From contig WGLX01000011.1 in NCBI GenBank assembly GCA_016125355.1, positions 60,264 through 124,263 on the forward strand: a stretch of DNA of 64,000 bases. The letters are read 5' to 3'. The notes beneath the pieces were generated by a model. The model ran no database searches. It was not told the DNA's origin and saw only the letters and a program-made list of their open reading frames with translations. The position numbers were made by a program, and so were the translations under genes. The DNA comes from Actinomycetales bacterium (lineage in GTDB: Bacteria > Actinomycetota > Actinomycetes > S36-B12). How positions within the stretch are numbered: the first letter of the stretch is position 1; each line of letters begins with the position of its first letter. Below are positions 10,240 through 20,130 of the stretch, piece by piece.

Positions 10240-10289
10240 GTAGGAAGCCTCGCACGAACCCGGGGGCTCCGGGCCCTAGGCTGGCCGAC

Positions 10290-11324
10290 GTGAGCGAGAA
10301 CGCACGCGCCCGGCTCGCGGATATCGCGGAGCAGGCAGGGGTGAGCGAGGCGACCGTGTCGCGCGTCCTCAACGACCGTCCCGGTGTCTCCACGGCGACG
10401 CGTCAGGCGGTGCTCACGGCACTCGACGTGCTGGGCTACGAGCGACCGCTCCGCCTGCGCAGCCGGACAGGGCTCGTGGGCCTGATCGTCCCGGAGCTGG
10501 AGAACCCGATCTTCCCGGTGTTCGCGCAGGTGATGGAGACGCTGCTCGCCCAGCACGGCTATACGCCGGTCCTGTGCACGCAGACCCCCGGCGGCGTCAC
10601 CGAGGAGGAGTACGTCGACCTGCTGCTCGACCGCGGCGTCGCGGGAATCATCTTCGTGTCGGGCCTCCATGCGGACGCGACGGCCGACCACGCCCGTTAC
10701 CGGGACCTGCTGGAGCGCGGACTGCCGATCGTGCTCGTCAACGGGTACGCCGAGGGCATCGAGGCACCGTTCATCTCCGACGATGATGCTGCGGCCATGG
10801 ACCTCGCGGTCGCGCACCTGACCTCGATGGGGCACACGCGCATCGGTCTCGCCGTCGGGCCGCCGCGCTTCGTGCCGGTCGTGCGCAAGCGAGCCGCGTT
10901 CGTCGACGCGATGGTGCGGATGGCGGGCACGACCCCGGAGGAGGCGGCTGGACTCGTGTCCCACTCGCTGTTCGCCGTGGAGGGCGGGCAGGCGGCGGCG
11001 CACCACCTGCTGGGCATGGACGTCACGGCCATCGTGTGCGGGTCGGACCTGATGGCGCTCGGCGCGATCCGGACCATCCGGCAGCGCGGACTCCGGGTGC
11101 CGGAGGACGTGTCGGTGGTCGGCTACGACGACTCGCGTCTGATCGCGTTCACGGATCCGCCGCTGACGACGGTCCGGCAGGCGGTTCCGGCGATGGCCAC
11201 CGCTGCGGTGCAGGCGCTTCTGGACGGGATCAACGGCAGGCCGGCCCCGAGGGACGAGTTCGTGTTCCGGCCGGAACTGGTGGTCCGCGGCAGCACCGGC
11301 CCGGTCCGTGGAGCGGGCGAATGA
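10290..11324 (+). CDS. LacI-family transcriptional regulator
   Basis: GTG at 10290. HTH motif LADIAEQAGVSEATVSRVLNDRPGVS followed by a periplasmic-binding-fold core (VVGYDD). Confidence 0.9.
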   Translation: MSENARARLADIAEQAGVSEATVSRVLNDRPGVSTATRQAVLTALDVLGYERPLRLRSRTGLVGLIVPELENPIFPVFAQVMETLLAQHGYTPVLCTQTPGGVTEEEYVDLLLDRGVAGIIFVSGLHADATADHARYRDLLERGLPIVLVNGYAEGIEAPFISDDDAAAMDLAVAHLTSMGHTRIGLAVGPPRFVPVVRKRAAFVDAMVRMAGTTPEEAAGLVSHSLFAVEGGQAAAHHLLGMDVTAIVCGSDLMALGAIRTIRQRGLRVPEDVSVVGYDDSRLIAFTDPPLTTVRQAVPAMATAAVQALLDGINGRPAPRDEFVFRPELVVRGSTGPVRGAGE

Positions 11325-12046
11325 GCTCGTCGACGCCCGTCATCGGCCTGACCTCCTACCTGGAGCCGGCCAGGTGGGGCGCCTGGGAGCTGCCGGCGGC
11401 GCTGGTGCCTGAGTGGTACGTCGAGCTCTTCCGTGCTGGTGGCGCCGACATCGTCCTGCTGCCTCCCGGGACGCGGGCGGATGTCATCGACCGGCTGGAC
11501 GGCCTCGCCATGGCCGGGGGCGCGGATCTCGACTCCACGCTGTACGGCCAGCAGCCGCACGAGACGGCCGACGTGCCCCGCACGTCGCGCGACGCGTCGG
11601 AACTCGCGCTCTACCGGCGGGCACGGAAGCTGGGCGTACCCGTGCTGGGCATCTGCCGGGGCCTGCAGGTGATGGCGGTGGCCCATGGCGGGTCGCTCAC
11701 GCAGCACCTTCCCGAGGTGTCGGACCTCGTGCATCGGGAGCGGCCGGGGACGTTCAGCGATCACGAGGCCACCTTCGAGCCGGGCTCCCGGCTCGAGGAG
11801 GTCTACGGGACGGGGCCGACCATCGTGAACTCCTCGCACCATCAGGCGGTCGAGTCGGCCGGGGATCTCCGGGTCACCGGGTGGGCCGCCGACGGCACGA
11901 TCGAGGCCTGCGAGGACGCGGCGGCCGACTTCTGCGTGGGGGTGCAGTGGCATCCCGAGCATCCGGAGCGACGCTCTGCCGACCTGCCCCTGGTCGCCGC
12001 CTTCGTGGCAGCGGCCCAGCGCTACCGCAGCGAGCACCATTCCTGA
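11321..12046 (+). CDS. class I glutamine amidotransferase-like gamma-glutamyl hydrolase (PuuD / peptidase C26 family)
   Basis: The ATG overlaps the LacI stop (ATGA). Nucleophile elbow GICRGLQ and VQWHPE motif. 241 aa. Confidence 0.85.
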   Translation: MSSSTPVIGLTSYLEPARWGAWELPAALVPEWYVELFRAGGADIVLLPPGTRADVIDRLDGLAMAGGADLDSTLYGQQPHETADVPRTSRDASELALYRRARKLGVPVLGICRGLQVMAVAHGGSLTQHLPEVSDLVHRERPGTFSDHEATFEPGSRLEEVYGTGPTIVNSSHHQAVESAGDLRVTGWAADGTIEACEDAAADFCVGVQWHPEHPERRSADLPLVAAFVAAAQRYRSEHHS

Positions 12047-12060
12047 AGCGAATGTGCGCG

Positions 12061-12094
12061 GGATGACCGATGGACGGCGTTCACACGGTCATCC
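12061..12094. terminator. hairpin between convergent genes (9-bp stem ggatgaccg/cggtcatcc)
   Basis: Inverted repeat read directly from the sequence. No T-tract, so the terminator function is only inferred from position. Confidence 0.35.
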
Positions 12095-12133
12095 AGCGCA
12101 CAATCGCGAGGGTTGGGGGCGGGGGCGGCTGCG

Positions 12134-12622
12134 TCAGGGCGCGGAGTTCTCGGACTTCTCGAACTCCCAGAAGTCGAGGTCGTCCAGGACGATGCTGGGG
12201 AATCCCGAGGCCTCCAGCGCGCAGGACACCTGAGCCCGGTGCTCGGCGGCGTGCAGGCAGGCCTGGCTCAGCAGGGTCGAGCGCAGGGCCGTGAACGTGC
12301 CGTCGTCCTCCTGGATGGTCAGCAGTTCGTCGGGCAGGGCGGCCTGCTCCAGCAGGACTGCGTCGATCTCGAGCAGCTGCGGGAGCATCCCGCCGAGATC
12401 GGCCGGCGTACGCACCCACTCCGTGTCCAGACCCGGCGCACCGGTGAGGCAGTACCGGTACCAGCCCGCGCTAGCCATCATGTGCGCGGCGAGGTGCCCC
12501 GCCGGCCAATGATCGGTCGCGTAGCGAGCGCCCATGGCCGCCTCGGGCAGGGCCGCGAACTGCGTGTAGAACTGCTCGTCCGCCCACGCCAGATGACGAA
12601 GTGCTCGGGTCATGTCCACCAT
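12134..12622 (-). CDS. DinB-family (four-helix-bundle, metal-dependent) protein
   Basis: 162 aa. The pattern LRHLAWADEQF...HLAAHMM...LHAAEHRAQ is typical of DinB/YfiT-like proteins. Confidence 0.6.
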   Translation of the reverse strand: MVDMTRALRHLAWADEQFYTQFAALPEAAMGARYATDHWPAGHLAAHMMASAGWYRYCLTGAPGLDTEWVRTPADLGGMLPQLLEIDAVLLEQAALPDELLTIQEDDGTFTALRSTLLSQACLHAAEHRAQVSCALEASGFPSIVLDDLDFWEFEKSENSAP

Positions 12623-12634
12623 GGCCGCAGTGTC

Positions 12635-13414
12635 CTACAGGGGGGTGACGTATGCCCCCGAGATACCGCCATCCACGAGGAAGTTCGACGCCGTGATGAA
12701 GGACGAGTCGTCGCTGGCGAGGAACGCGACGGCTGCCGCGAGCTCCTCCGCGTCGCCGAACCGCCCCATCGGGATGTGGACGAGCCGCCGGGCGGCTCGC
12801 TCCGGATCCTTGGCGAACAGCTCCATCAGGAGAGGCGTGGCCACCGGTCCCGGGGACAGCGCGTTGACGCGGATCCCGGACCGCGCGAACTGCACGCCGA
12901 GCTCCCGGGACATCGCCAGGACGCCGCCCTTGGACGCCGTGTACGAGATCTGCGAGGTGGCGGCGGCCATGGTCGCCACGAAGGAGGCCGTGTTGATGAT
13001 GCTGCCCTTGCCCTGCTCGAGCATGTAGGGCAGCACCTCCTTGCAGCACAGGTACACGCTGGTGAGGTTGACCTCCTGCACCCGCCGCCACGCCTCGATG
13101 CCGGTCTCCAGGATCGAGTCGTCGTCGGGCGGCGAGATCCCCGCGTTGTTGAAGGCGACATCGATGCTGCCGTAGGTGTCCTTGGCGGCCTTGAACATCG
13201 CGGCGACGTCGTCGGCGCTGGTCACGTTGGTCTGCACGAACAGGCCGTCGACCTCGTCCGCAGCTGCCTGTCCGGCGGACGCGTCCATGTCGCCCACGAC
13301 CACCTTCGCGCCCTCGTCCGCGAGGCGCCGCACGGAGGCCAATCCGATCCCGCTGCCTCCACCGGTGACGACGGCGACCCGGCCCTCGAGCCGCCGACAC
13401 TTGCTGTCTGCCAT
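12635..13414 (-). CDS. short-chain dehydrogenase/reductase (SDR)
   Basis: Internal ATG at 13414 of ORF 12635..13690. TGGGSGIG cofactor motif, NNAG, and catalytic YTASK. Confidence 0.9.
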   Translation of the reverse strand: MADSKCRRLEGRVAVVTGGGSGIGLASVRRLADEGAKVVVGDMDASAGQAAADEVDGLFVQTNVTSADDVAAMFKAAKDTYGSIDVAFNNAGISPPDDDSILETGIEAWRRVQEVNLTSVYLCCKEVLPYMLEQGKGSIINTASFVATMAAATSQISYTASKGGVLAMSRELGVQFARSGIRVNALSPGPVATPLLMELFAKDPERAARRLVHIPMGRFGDAEELAAAVAFLASDDSSFITASNFLVDGGISGAYVTPL

Positions 13415-13439
13415 GCCTACTCCTCGCTCACGAGTGGGA

Positions 13440-14798
13440 TCAGTCTTCTGTACTGAAGAACACGTTCTTGGTCTCGGTGAACGCCTCGAGGGCATCCGGT
13501 CCGAGCTCCCGGCCGAGCCCCGAGCGCTTGTAGCCGCCGAACGGGGTCCAGTAGCGGACCGAGGAGTGCGAGTTGACCGACAGGTTGCCGCTCTCCACCC
13601 CGCGGGCCACCCGCATCGCGCGTCCGAGGTCACGCGTCCAGATGGACCCGGACAGTCCGTACTCGGAGTTGTTGGCCAGCCGGATCGCATCCGCCTCGTC
13701 CTCGAACGGAGTGACGACGACGACCGGTCCGAAGATCTCCTCCTGGAAGACCTGCGCCTCCGGGGAGACCGGGGCGAGCACCGTCGGTGGGAACCAGTAG
13801 CCGGGGCCGGTGGGGCAGCTGCCGCGGAAGGCCACGGGGGCGTCGTCCGTGACGAACCCGGCGACCGACTCCCAGTGGCTGCGGGTGATCAGCGGCCCCA
13901 TCTCCGTCGTGTCGAGGGTCGGGTCGCCCACCTGCACGCCCTGCACGGCCGGCTCGAACAGCTCCATGAAGCGGTCGAACACCGTGCGCTCGACGAGGAT
14001 CCGCGAGCGTGCGCAGCAGTCCTGGCCGGCGTTGTCGAACACGCCGTACGGCGCGGTCGCCGCCGCCCTCTCCAGGTCCGAGTCGGCAAAGACGATGTTC
14101 GCGCTCTTGCCGCCGAGCTCGAGGGTGAGCCGCTTCATCTGCGGTGCCACGCCGGCCATGATCCGCTCGCCGACCTCGGTGCTGCCGGTGAAGACGATCT
14201 TGCGCACCTTCGGGTTCTCGACGAACCGCTGGCCGACGACGGAACCCTTGCCCGGGACGACCGTGAACACGTGCTCGGGGAGGCCGGCCTCGAGTGCCAG
14301 CTCTCCGAGGCGGATCGCCGTGAGCGGGGTGATCTCCGCGGGCTTGAGCACGACAGTGCAGCCGGCGGCGAGCGCCGGACTAAAGCCCCAGCCTGCGATC
14401 GGCATCGGGAAGTTCCAGGGCACGATGATGCCGACGACGCCGACCGGCTCCTGGAAGGTGATGTCGACGCCACCCGGCACCGGGATCTGCTTGCCGAAGA
14501 GCCGCTCCGGCGCTCCGGCGTAGTAGTTGAGCACGTTGGCGACGTTGTTCGCCTCCCACCGGGCGTTGCCGATGGTGTGGCCGGAGTTGGCCACCTCGAG
14601 CTGCGCCAGCTCCTCCACGTGGTCGCGCACCACCGTCGAGAAACGCCGCAGAAGGTCGGCGCGGTCGCCCGGCGCCACAGCGCGCCACGCCGTAAGTGCC
14701 TCGTGGGCGCGGGCGATGGCCTCGTCGGTGCCCTCCTCGTCGGTGGACGGTACCCGGGCGATGACCTGCTCGGTGGCAGGGTTGATCACGTCATGCAT
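13440..14798 (-). CDS. NAD(P)-dependent aldehyde dehydrogenase
   Basis: 452 aa with ALDH motifs (FTGSTEVG, LELGGKSA, EEIFGPV). Confidence 0.92.
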   Translation of the reverse strand: MHDVINPATEQVIARVPSTDEEGTDEAIARAHEALTAWRAVAPGDRADLLRRFSTVVRDHVEELAQLEVANSGHTIGNARWEANNVANVLNYYAGAPERLFGKQIPVPGGVDITFQEPVGVVGIIVPWNFPMPIAGWGFSPALAAGCTVVLKPAEITPLTAIRLGELALEAGLPEHVFTVVPGKGSVVGQRFVENPKVRKIVFTGSTEVGERIMAGVAPQMKRLTLELGGKSANIVFADSDLERAAATAPYGVFDNAGQDCCARSRILVERTVFDRFMELFEPAVQGVQVGDPTLDTTEMGPLITRSHWESVAGFVTDDAPVAFRGSCPTGPGYWFPPTVLAPVSPEAQVFQEEIFGPVVVVTPFEDEADAIRLANNSEYGLSGSIWTRDLGRAMRVARGVESGNLSVNSHSSVRYWTPFGGYKRSGLGRELGPDALEAFTETKNVFFSTED

Positions 14799-14828
14799 GT
14801 CTTCTCCTGAAGGAGGGATGGGGCTCCA

Positions 14829-16193
14829 TCACAGCCGTTCGAAGCCGCGGAAGCGCTCCCAGTTGGTGACGGTGCTGCCGAACGCAGCCAGTTCCACCCG
14901 GGCCATGTTGGCGTAGTGCTCCTGGACCTCGGCGCCGAACGTATCGCGGACCCACTCCGACGACTCCCACAGACCCAGCGCCTCGGCCATCGACGTGGGG
15001 ACGCGCGTCGAATCACTGTGGTACGCGTTGCCCACGAACGGGTCCTCGAGGGCCAGGTCGCGCTCGATGCCGTCAATGCCCGCGGCCACCATGCCGGCCA
15101 CCGCCAGATACGGGTTGACGTCGCCACCGGGCACGCGGTTCTCCACGCGCAAGGACGGCCCGTGGCCGACCAGGCGGAAGGCGCAGGTGCGGTTGTCCTG
15201 TCCCCAGCGGATCGCCGTCGGGGCGAAGGAGCCCTCCACGTAGCGCTTGTAGGAGTTGATCTGGGGAGCGAACATCAAGGTCAGCTCGCGGGCGTGGGCC
15301 AACTGGCCGGCAATGAAGGCCCGGCCGAGGGGAGACAGGCCGTAGTCACCGTGATGGTCGGCCATGACGGTGCTGCCGTCCCGTCCTCGCACCGACAGGT
15401 GGATGTGGCAGGAGTTGCCCTCGCGCTCGTTGTACTTGGCCATGAAGGTGAGGGACATGTCCTCCTGTGCAGCGATCTCCTTGGCGCCGTTCTTGTAGAT
15501 GCTGTGGTTGTCGCAGGTGCGCAGCGCGTCCTGGTACTTGAAGGCGATCTCGTGCTGGCCGAAGTTGCACTCGCCCTTGGCGCTCTCGACCGTCATGCCG
15601 GCGCCTGCCATCGAGCGGCGGATCCTGCGGAGCAGTGGCTCGACGCGGGCGGTTCCGAGCATCGAGTAGTCGACGTTGTAGAGGTTGGCCGGGGTGAGGT
15701 TGTGGTAGCCGGCGAGCCACGCCTCCTCATAGGTGTCCTGGAAGACGATGAACTCCAGCTCGGTCCCGACGTACGCCTCCATGTCGGCGGCGTGCAGGCG
15801 CTCCAACTGCGCCTTGAGCACCTGTCGGGGTGAGGGCTTGACGGGCTCGCCCTGCTCCGTGACGAGATCGCACAGCACGCCGGCGGTGCCCGGCTGCCAG
15901 GGCACGCGATGCAACGTGGACAGGTCGGGCCGCATGACCATGTCGCCGTAGCCGGTGTCCCACGACGACATGGCGTACCCGTCGACGGTGTTCATGTCGA
16001 CGTCGACGGCGAGGAGGTAGTTGCAGCCCTCAGTGTGATGCCCCATGACGTCCTCGAGGAAGAAGTCGGCGTCGATGCGCTTCCCCTGGAGGCGTCCTTG
16101 CATGTCGGTGAGCGCCACGGCGACCGTGTCGATCGCTCCGTCCTCCACGGCGGCGCGCAGGCTGTCGGGCGTCAGCGGCTGGGGGCGGGTCAT
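14829..16193 (-). CDS. glutamine synthetase-family gamma-glutamyl-amine synthetase (GlnA3/GlnA4/PuuA-like)
   Basis: 454 aa with a GS catalytic-domain pattern (NSCHIHLS, NSYKR, VENRVPGGDVNPYL). Clustered with ALDH, SDR and a gamma-glutamyl hydrolase. Confidence 0.85.
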   Translation of the reverse strand: MTRPQPLTPDSLRAAVEDGAIDTVAVALTDMQGRLQGKRIDADFFLEDVMGHHTEGCNYLLAVDVDMNTVDGYAMSSWDTGYGDMVMRPDLSTLHRVPWQPGTAGVLCDLVTEQGEPVKPSPRQVLKAQLERLHAADMEAYVGTELEFIVFQDTYEEAWLAGYHNLTPANLYNVDYSMLGTARVEPLLRRIRRSMAGAGMTVESAKGECNFGQHEIAFKYQDALRTCDNHSIYKNGAKEIAAQEDMSLTFMAKYNEREGNSCHIHLSVRGRDGSTVMADHHGDYGLSPLGRAFIAGQLAHARELTLMFAPQINSYKRYVEGSFAPTAIRWGQDNRTCAFRLVGHGPSLRVENRVPGGDVNPYLAVAGMVAAGIDGIERDLALEDPFVGNAYHSDSTRVPTSMAEALGLWESSEWVRDTFGAEVQEHYANMARVELAAFGSTVTNWERFRGFERL

Positions 16194-16299
16194 GGGCGCT
16201 CCTTAGGACGACTACGCGCATTCAACTGCACGTCGGCAGGTGATGTGGGCCCAAACGGTCAGGTCGACCCCGTCGCGTACCCGCGGACTCAGGGCCGCC

Positions 16300-17622
16300 T
16301 CAGGTCAGTGCGGCGAGGGCGATGGGGTCGCGGAGCGCGATATGCGCGTGGAGGAGGGCGAACACCAGGTACCCGAGAACTGCCAGGGCCGCCAGGCCGA
16401 ACGGTGCGTAGAGAACGACCACCGTCAGGGCCACGGAACGGGACAGTGTGCCGAGGGCCGAGGCGACCGGGGCCGGCTGCGAGCGGAAGGAGTTGAAGTC
16501 CGTCGGGGTGGCGCGGCGGACCGACGGGACGAGCCCTGCAGCTGCGGCTCCGATGGAGACGAGGACGAGTTGCGGGAGCAGGGCTGCGCTCACCGGCGCC
16601 CCGGCCAGGGCAGCCACGACGGCGGCAATCACGGAGAGGAGGAGGGCCCACAGCGCCGTGGTGATGAGCCGCCCAGTGAGCAGGTACCAGCGGGGTGCCT
16701 TGCCCAGCAGCCAGACCGCCGCTCCGCCGTCGTACGCGTAGCCGTTGGCACCGAGGACCGCTGCCGCGGCGGCGGTGACGAAGAAGGCGATGGAGCCGGT
16801 GACCTCGGCGCCCGCGCTGGCGACGAGGAGGGGCGTCAGCACTGCCGTCACGATCGTGCTGCGGGCCATGACGGAGCGGCTGACGCCCACGAGCATGGTC
16901 ACGACGACGGCCGCGAGGTCGCCCCGCGGGATGCGCACCGGGCGGGCGGGTCGCACGATGAGCTCGGCCGGCCGGTTGAGGGCCCACGCGCCGGCGAGCG
17001 CGAGCAGGCCGGACCCGACCAGCAGGAGGTTGTAGGCGGGCTGGGCCGTGGCCGACAGCCACCACGCACCGGGCCCAACGCCGGACGCCGCGAGAACGGT
17101 GGCGGACAGCAGGACGATCGCAGCGACGACGATGAGCGCCAGGGTCGGGCCGATGCGGGTCACGAGGATGGCGGAAGCCACCCCGCTGAGCTGGCCGCTG
17201 GCCAGGCCGTTCCACGCCAGGGCCAGGCCGGCCAGCCACCCGGGCCAGCCCGCGACGGCGGCGCCCACCAGCGCGAGAGCCGGGATGAACAGCCCGGGTC
17301 CCGCGTCGGTCAGCGAGCTGGCGAACCGTGCCCCGAAGCGGAACGACCGACCCGCCCCGGCGGCCGTCAAGGCCATCGGGTCGTCGCTCTCCCCACCGCC
17401 GAGGGCGGGCAGCAGGGCAAGGGCGCTCCACAGGCCCGCCGCCAGGGGGAGGACGGCCTCCACGGTGACGGTGTCCGTGGGGATCACCGCGTGCATGGCC
17501 GCCACCAGGATGGCCAGTCCGTGCATGAGGAGCGTCATGACGATGGCGCCGATGGCGAAGGCGCGGGAGAGCCGCCAGCTGTTGCGCAGCTGGTGCCGCA
17601 GGCCGAGGGTGATGTCGCCCAT
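16300..17622 (-). CDS. polytopic membrane protein, putative permease partner of the adjacent ABC ATPase
   Basis: 441 aa from ATG 17622, 8 nt after the ATPase stop. Very hydrophobic with many predicted TM segments. No recognisable family motif. Confidence 0.6.
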   Translation of the reverse strand: MGDITLGLRHQLRNSWRLSRAFAIGAIVMTLLMHGLAILVAAMHAVIPTDTVTVEAVLPLAAGLWSALALLPALGGGESDDPMALTAAGAGRSFRFGARFASSLTDAGPGLFIPALALVGAAVAGWPGWLAGLALAWNGLASGQLSGVASAILVTRIGPTLALIVVAAIVLLSATVLAASGVGPGAWWLSATAQPAYNLLLVGSGLLALAGAWALNRPAELIVRPARPVRIPRGDLAAVVVTMLVGVSRSVMARSTIVTAVLTPLLVASAGAEVTGSIAFFVTAAAAAVLGANGYAYDGGAAVWLLGKAPRWYLLTGRLITTALWALLLSVIAAVVAALAGAPVSAALLPQLVLVSIGAAAAGLVPSVRRATPTDFNSFRSQPAPVASALGTLSRSVALTVVVLYAPFGLAALAVLGYLVFALLHAHIALRDPIALAALT

Positions 17623-17632
17623 CACGTCGCTC

Positions 17633-18328
17633 TCATGTAGCCGAGAGGTGCTTCCAGGCCTGCTGGAGGCTGCCGTGCTCCGCCAGAAGGGCGTCGGTCG
17701 GGTGGGGTCCGTCGAGGGTGTGGCCGCGGAAGACGGCCACCTCGTCGGCCACGACAGCCGCGTCGAGGAGGTGAGTCGTAAGGACGATGGCGGCGCCATC
17801 CGAGCGCGCCTCCGCGAGCAGTTCGGTGATGGTGTCGACTCCCTCGAGATCGACGCCGTCGAACGGCTCGTCGACGAGCAGGAGGGGAGCCCGGGACACC
17901 AGGGCCATCGCCATGGACAGCCGTCGCGACTGGCCGTGCGAGTAGGCGGCGGCGGGCAGGTCGACCACCTCGTCGAGGGCGAGGCGGTCGATGAGCTCGT
18001 CGGCGCGGGCCTGCCAGTCGCTCGTGTGGTGCAGGCGGGCGGCGAGCTCGAGGTGCTCCCCACCGGTCAGACGGGGGAACACCCCGCGGGTGTCGGGCAC
18101 GTATCCGGTCGCTCGTCGCGCGGTGTCGCTGCCCGCGGCAGCGCCGTCGATGGTGAATGTCCCCGAGGTGGGGGCGATGGCTCCGGAGAGCACCTTCAAG
18201 GTGGTGGACTTCCCGCAGCCGTTGGGGCCCAGGAGGGCCAGCATGCGTCCCCGCTCGACGGAGAAGGTGACCTCGCTGACCACGAGGTGACGGCCGTAGG
18301 CACGGCTGAGGCCCCGGACGTCCAGCAT
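17633..18328 (-). CDS. ABC transporter ATP-binding protein
   Basis: Walker A GPNGCGKST, signature-like SHGQSRRL, Walker B LLLVDEP. Start taken at the internal ATG 18328. Confidence 0.9.
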   Translation of the reverse strand: MLDVRGLSRAYGRHLVVSEVTFSVERGRMLALLGPNGCGKSTTLKVLSGAIAPTSGTFTIDGAAAGSDTARRATGYVPDTRGVFPRLTGGEHLELAARLHHTSDWQARADELIDRLALDEVVDLPAAAYSHGQSRRLSMAMALVSRAPLLLVDEPFDGVDLEGVDTITELLAEARSDGAAIVLTTHLLDAAVVADEVAVFRGHTLDGPHPTDALLAEHGSLQQAWKHLSAT

Positions 18329-18409
18329 GCGCCTACCGTACGCATCCGAGCCGGAACGGCAGCGACCCCGCACGCGACGGGGTGTCGAGTGCGGGGTCGC
18401 TGATGGCCG

Positions 18410-19972
18410 CTACTTCTGGCCGGGGAAGAACTCCTGGGATCCCGACTCCTCGAGTCGCTCGGTGACGTCGTAGCCCTCGGTCTCCGGATGCCCGTGCTGG
18501 CCTCCGGTGATGGCGTACTCCTCCTCGGGGGAGAGCACCAGGCGATGCCGCCCGAAGACGGCGAACAGGATCAGGCCGATCACGTACACCGCCGCCACCC
18601 AGAGGACCACGGAGCGGTAGTCGGAGTTGAACGGCATGAGGATCAGCGTCACGAAGGCGATGAGGCCCGCGATGAACGCTCCCCAGATGCCCACCGGGCT
18701 GCGGTACGGGCGGTCGACGGTGGCCAGCTTCTGGCGCAGGCGCAGGAAGGCGGCCATCTGCATGACGTAGGCGATGACGGCGCCGAACACCGCGATGAGC
18801 AGCAGGGCGTTCGCCGCGCTCACCGATGGGTCCTCCGCATCGGCGTAGGCCACGCTGCCGAGCCCGAAGACGAGGACGACGCCGATGATCGCGCTCGCGA
18901 GAAGGGCCACCCACGGCGTCTTCCGCTCGCCCGTGAGCGAGAGGAACTTCGGGTAGTAACCCGCTCGGGAGAGCGAGTACACGTTGCGGCCGGCGGCGAA
19001 CATGATTCCCTGGAAGGACGCGATGAGGCCCGTGAGAGCGGCCAGTGACAGCAGCGCGGCGATGTTGCTGTTCGGGAAGATCGCCCGGAAGCCGTCGAGG
19101 ATGGGCTCGCCGCTCGTCGACGTCGCATTCGCGCCGAGGACCGCCGGGTTCAGGATCAGCACGAGGAAGGCGGAGGCCAGCAGCGTGAACATGCCGGCGA
19201 TCGACCCCCTGGGGATGTCCTTGGCCGGTGTGTGCGTCTCCTCCGCCGCCAGCGGGAGTTCTTCGATGCCGAGGAAGAACCAGATGGCGAAGGGGAAGGC
19301 GAGGAAGATGCCCAATACGCCGAAGGGCAGGAATGTCGACTGGCCGGGATCGGGCGTGATGTCGCTGAGGGTGCTGAAGTCGACCTTGCCCGAGAAGAGC
19401 GCCGAGACGAAGAAGATGACGAGCACGGCCAGCGAGATGATGGCGATCACGAACGCGAACCGGAACGAGGCCGCCGCCCCGGCCGCGTTCAGCGTGACGA
19501 AGATCGCGTAGAAGATGATGACCCACAGCCACAGCGGCCAGGACACGTCGAAGAGGTCCTGGATGATGGCGTCGGCATACAGGCCGGCGAATGTGCCGAC
19601 CACCGCCGTCGTGATGACGTACTCGATCGTCTCCGCGAAGCCGGTGAAGAAGCCGCCCCACGGCCCGAACGCCGAGCGGGCGAAGGAATAGGCACCGCCG
19701 GTATGCGGCATGGCGGCCGACATCTCAGCGATGCTGTAGATCATCAGCAGGTACATCAGGCCGATGACGATGGTGGCGATGAGCATGCCGCCCCAGCCGG
19801 CCTGCCCGATCCCGAAGTTCCACCCCGAGAAGTCGCCGGAGATGACGGCCGCGACTCCGAGGCCCCACAGGGCAGCAGCCCCCGCGTGGCGCTTCAGTCC
19901 GCGCTTCTCGAAGTACTCCTGTCCAGCGTGGGTATAGGTGACACCACCACCGGCTGACATCTTTTCGTTCAT
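18410..19972 (-). CDS. APC-superfamily amino acid/ethanolamine permease (Eat-like)
   Basis: ATG at 19972 with GAGGAGG upstream. The N-terminus ...YFEKRGLKRHAGAAALWGLGVAAVISGDFSGWNFG is typical of ethanolamine permeases. The long 745-aa ORF start was rejected. Confidence 0.8.
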   Translation of the reverse strand: MNEKMSAGGGVTYTHAGQEYFEKRGLKRHAGAAALWGLGVAAVISGDFSGWNFGIGQAGWGGMLIATIVIGLMYLLMIYSIAEMSAAMPHTGGAYSFARSAFGPWGGFFTGFAETIEYVITTAVVGTFAGLYADAIIQDLFDVSWPLWLWVIIFYAIFVTLNAAGAAASFRFAFVIAIISLAVLVIFFVSALFSGKVDFSTLSDITPDPGQSTFLPFGVLGIFLAFPFAIWFFLGIEELPLAAEETHTPAKDIPRGSIAGMFTLLASAFLVLILNPAVLGANATSTSGEPILDGFRAIFPNSNIAALLSLAALTGLIASFQGIMFAAGRNVYSLSRAGYYPKFLSLTGERKTPWVALLASAIIGVVLVFGLGSVAYADAEDPSVSAANALLLIAVFGAVIAYVMQMAAFLRLRQKLATVDRPYRSPVGIWGAFIAGLIAFVTLILMPFNSDYRSVVLWVAAVYVIGLILFAVFGRHRLVLSPEEEYAITGGQHGHPETEGYDVTERLEESGSQEFFPGQK

Positions 19973-20130
19973 CAACCCCTCCTCTGGGTCGAGCACGGAT
20001 GCCCCTGATAGGGGCGAGGGTAGGGGTTCCTTGTGCCTTTGTGAGGGACATTCGCTGGGAATGACGACGTCGATCTGGCGGCCTACCCTTGGGGTGGAGG
20101 CCCTTGGTGGTCTCCCTGGAGGTGGTCGAG

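Noticed and set aside
12635-13690. 351-aa version of the SDR ORF
   Set aside because: The first 92 residues are low-complexity and overlap the aldehyde dehydrogenase gene end. The SDR Rossmann motif starts right after the internal ATG at 13414.
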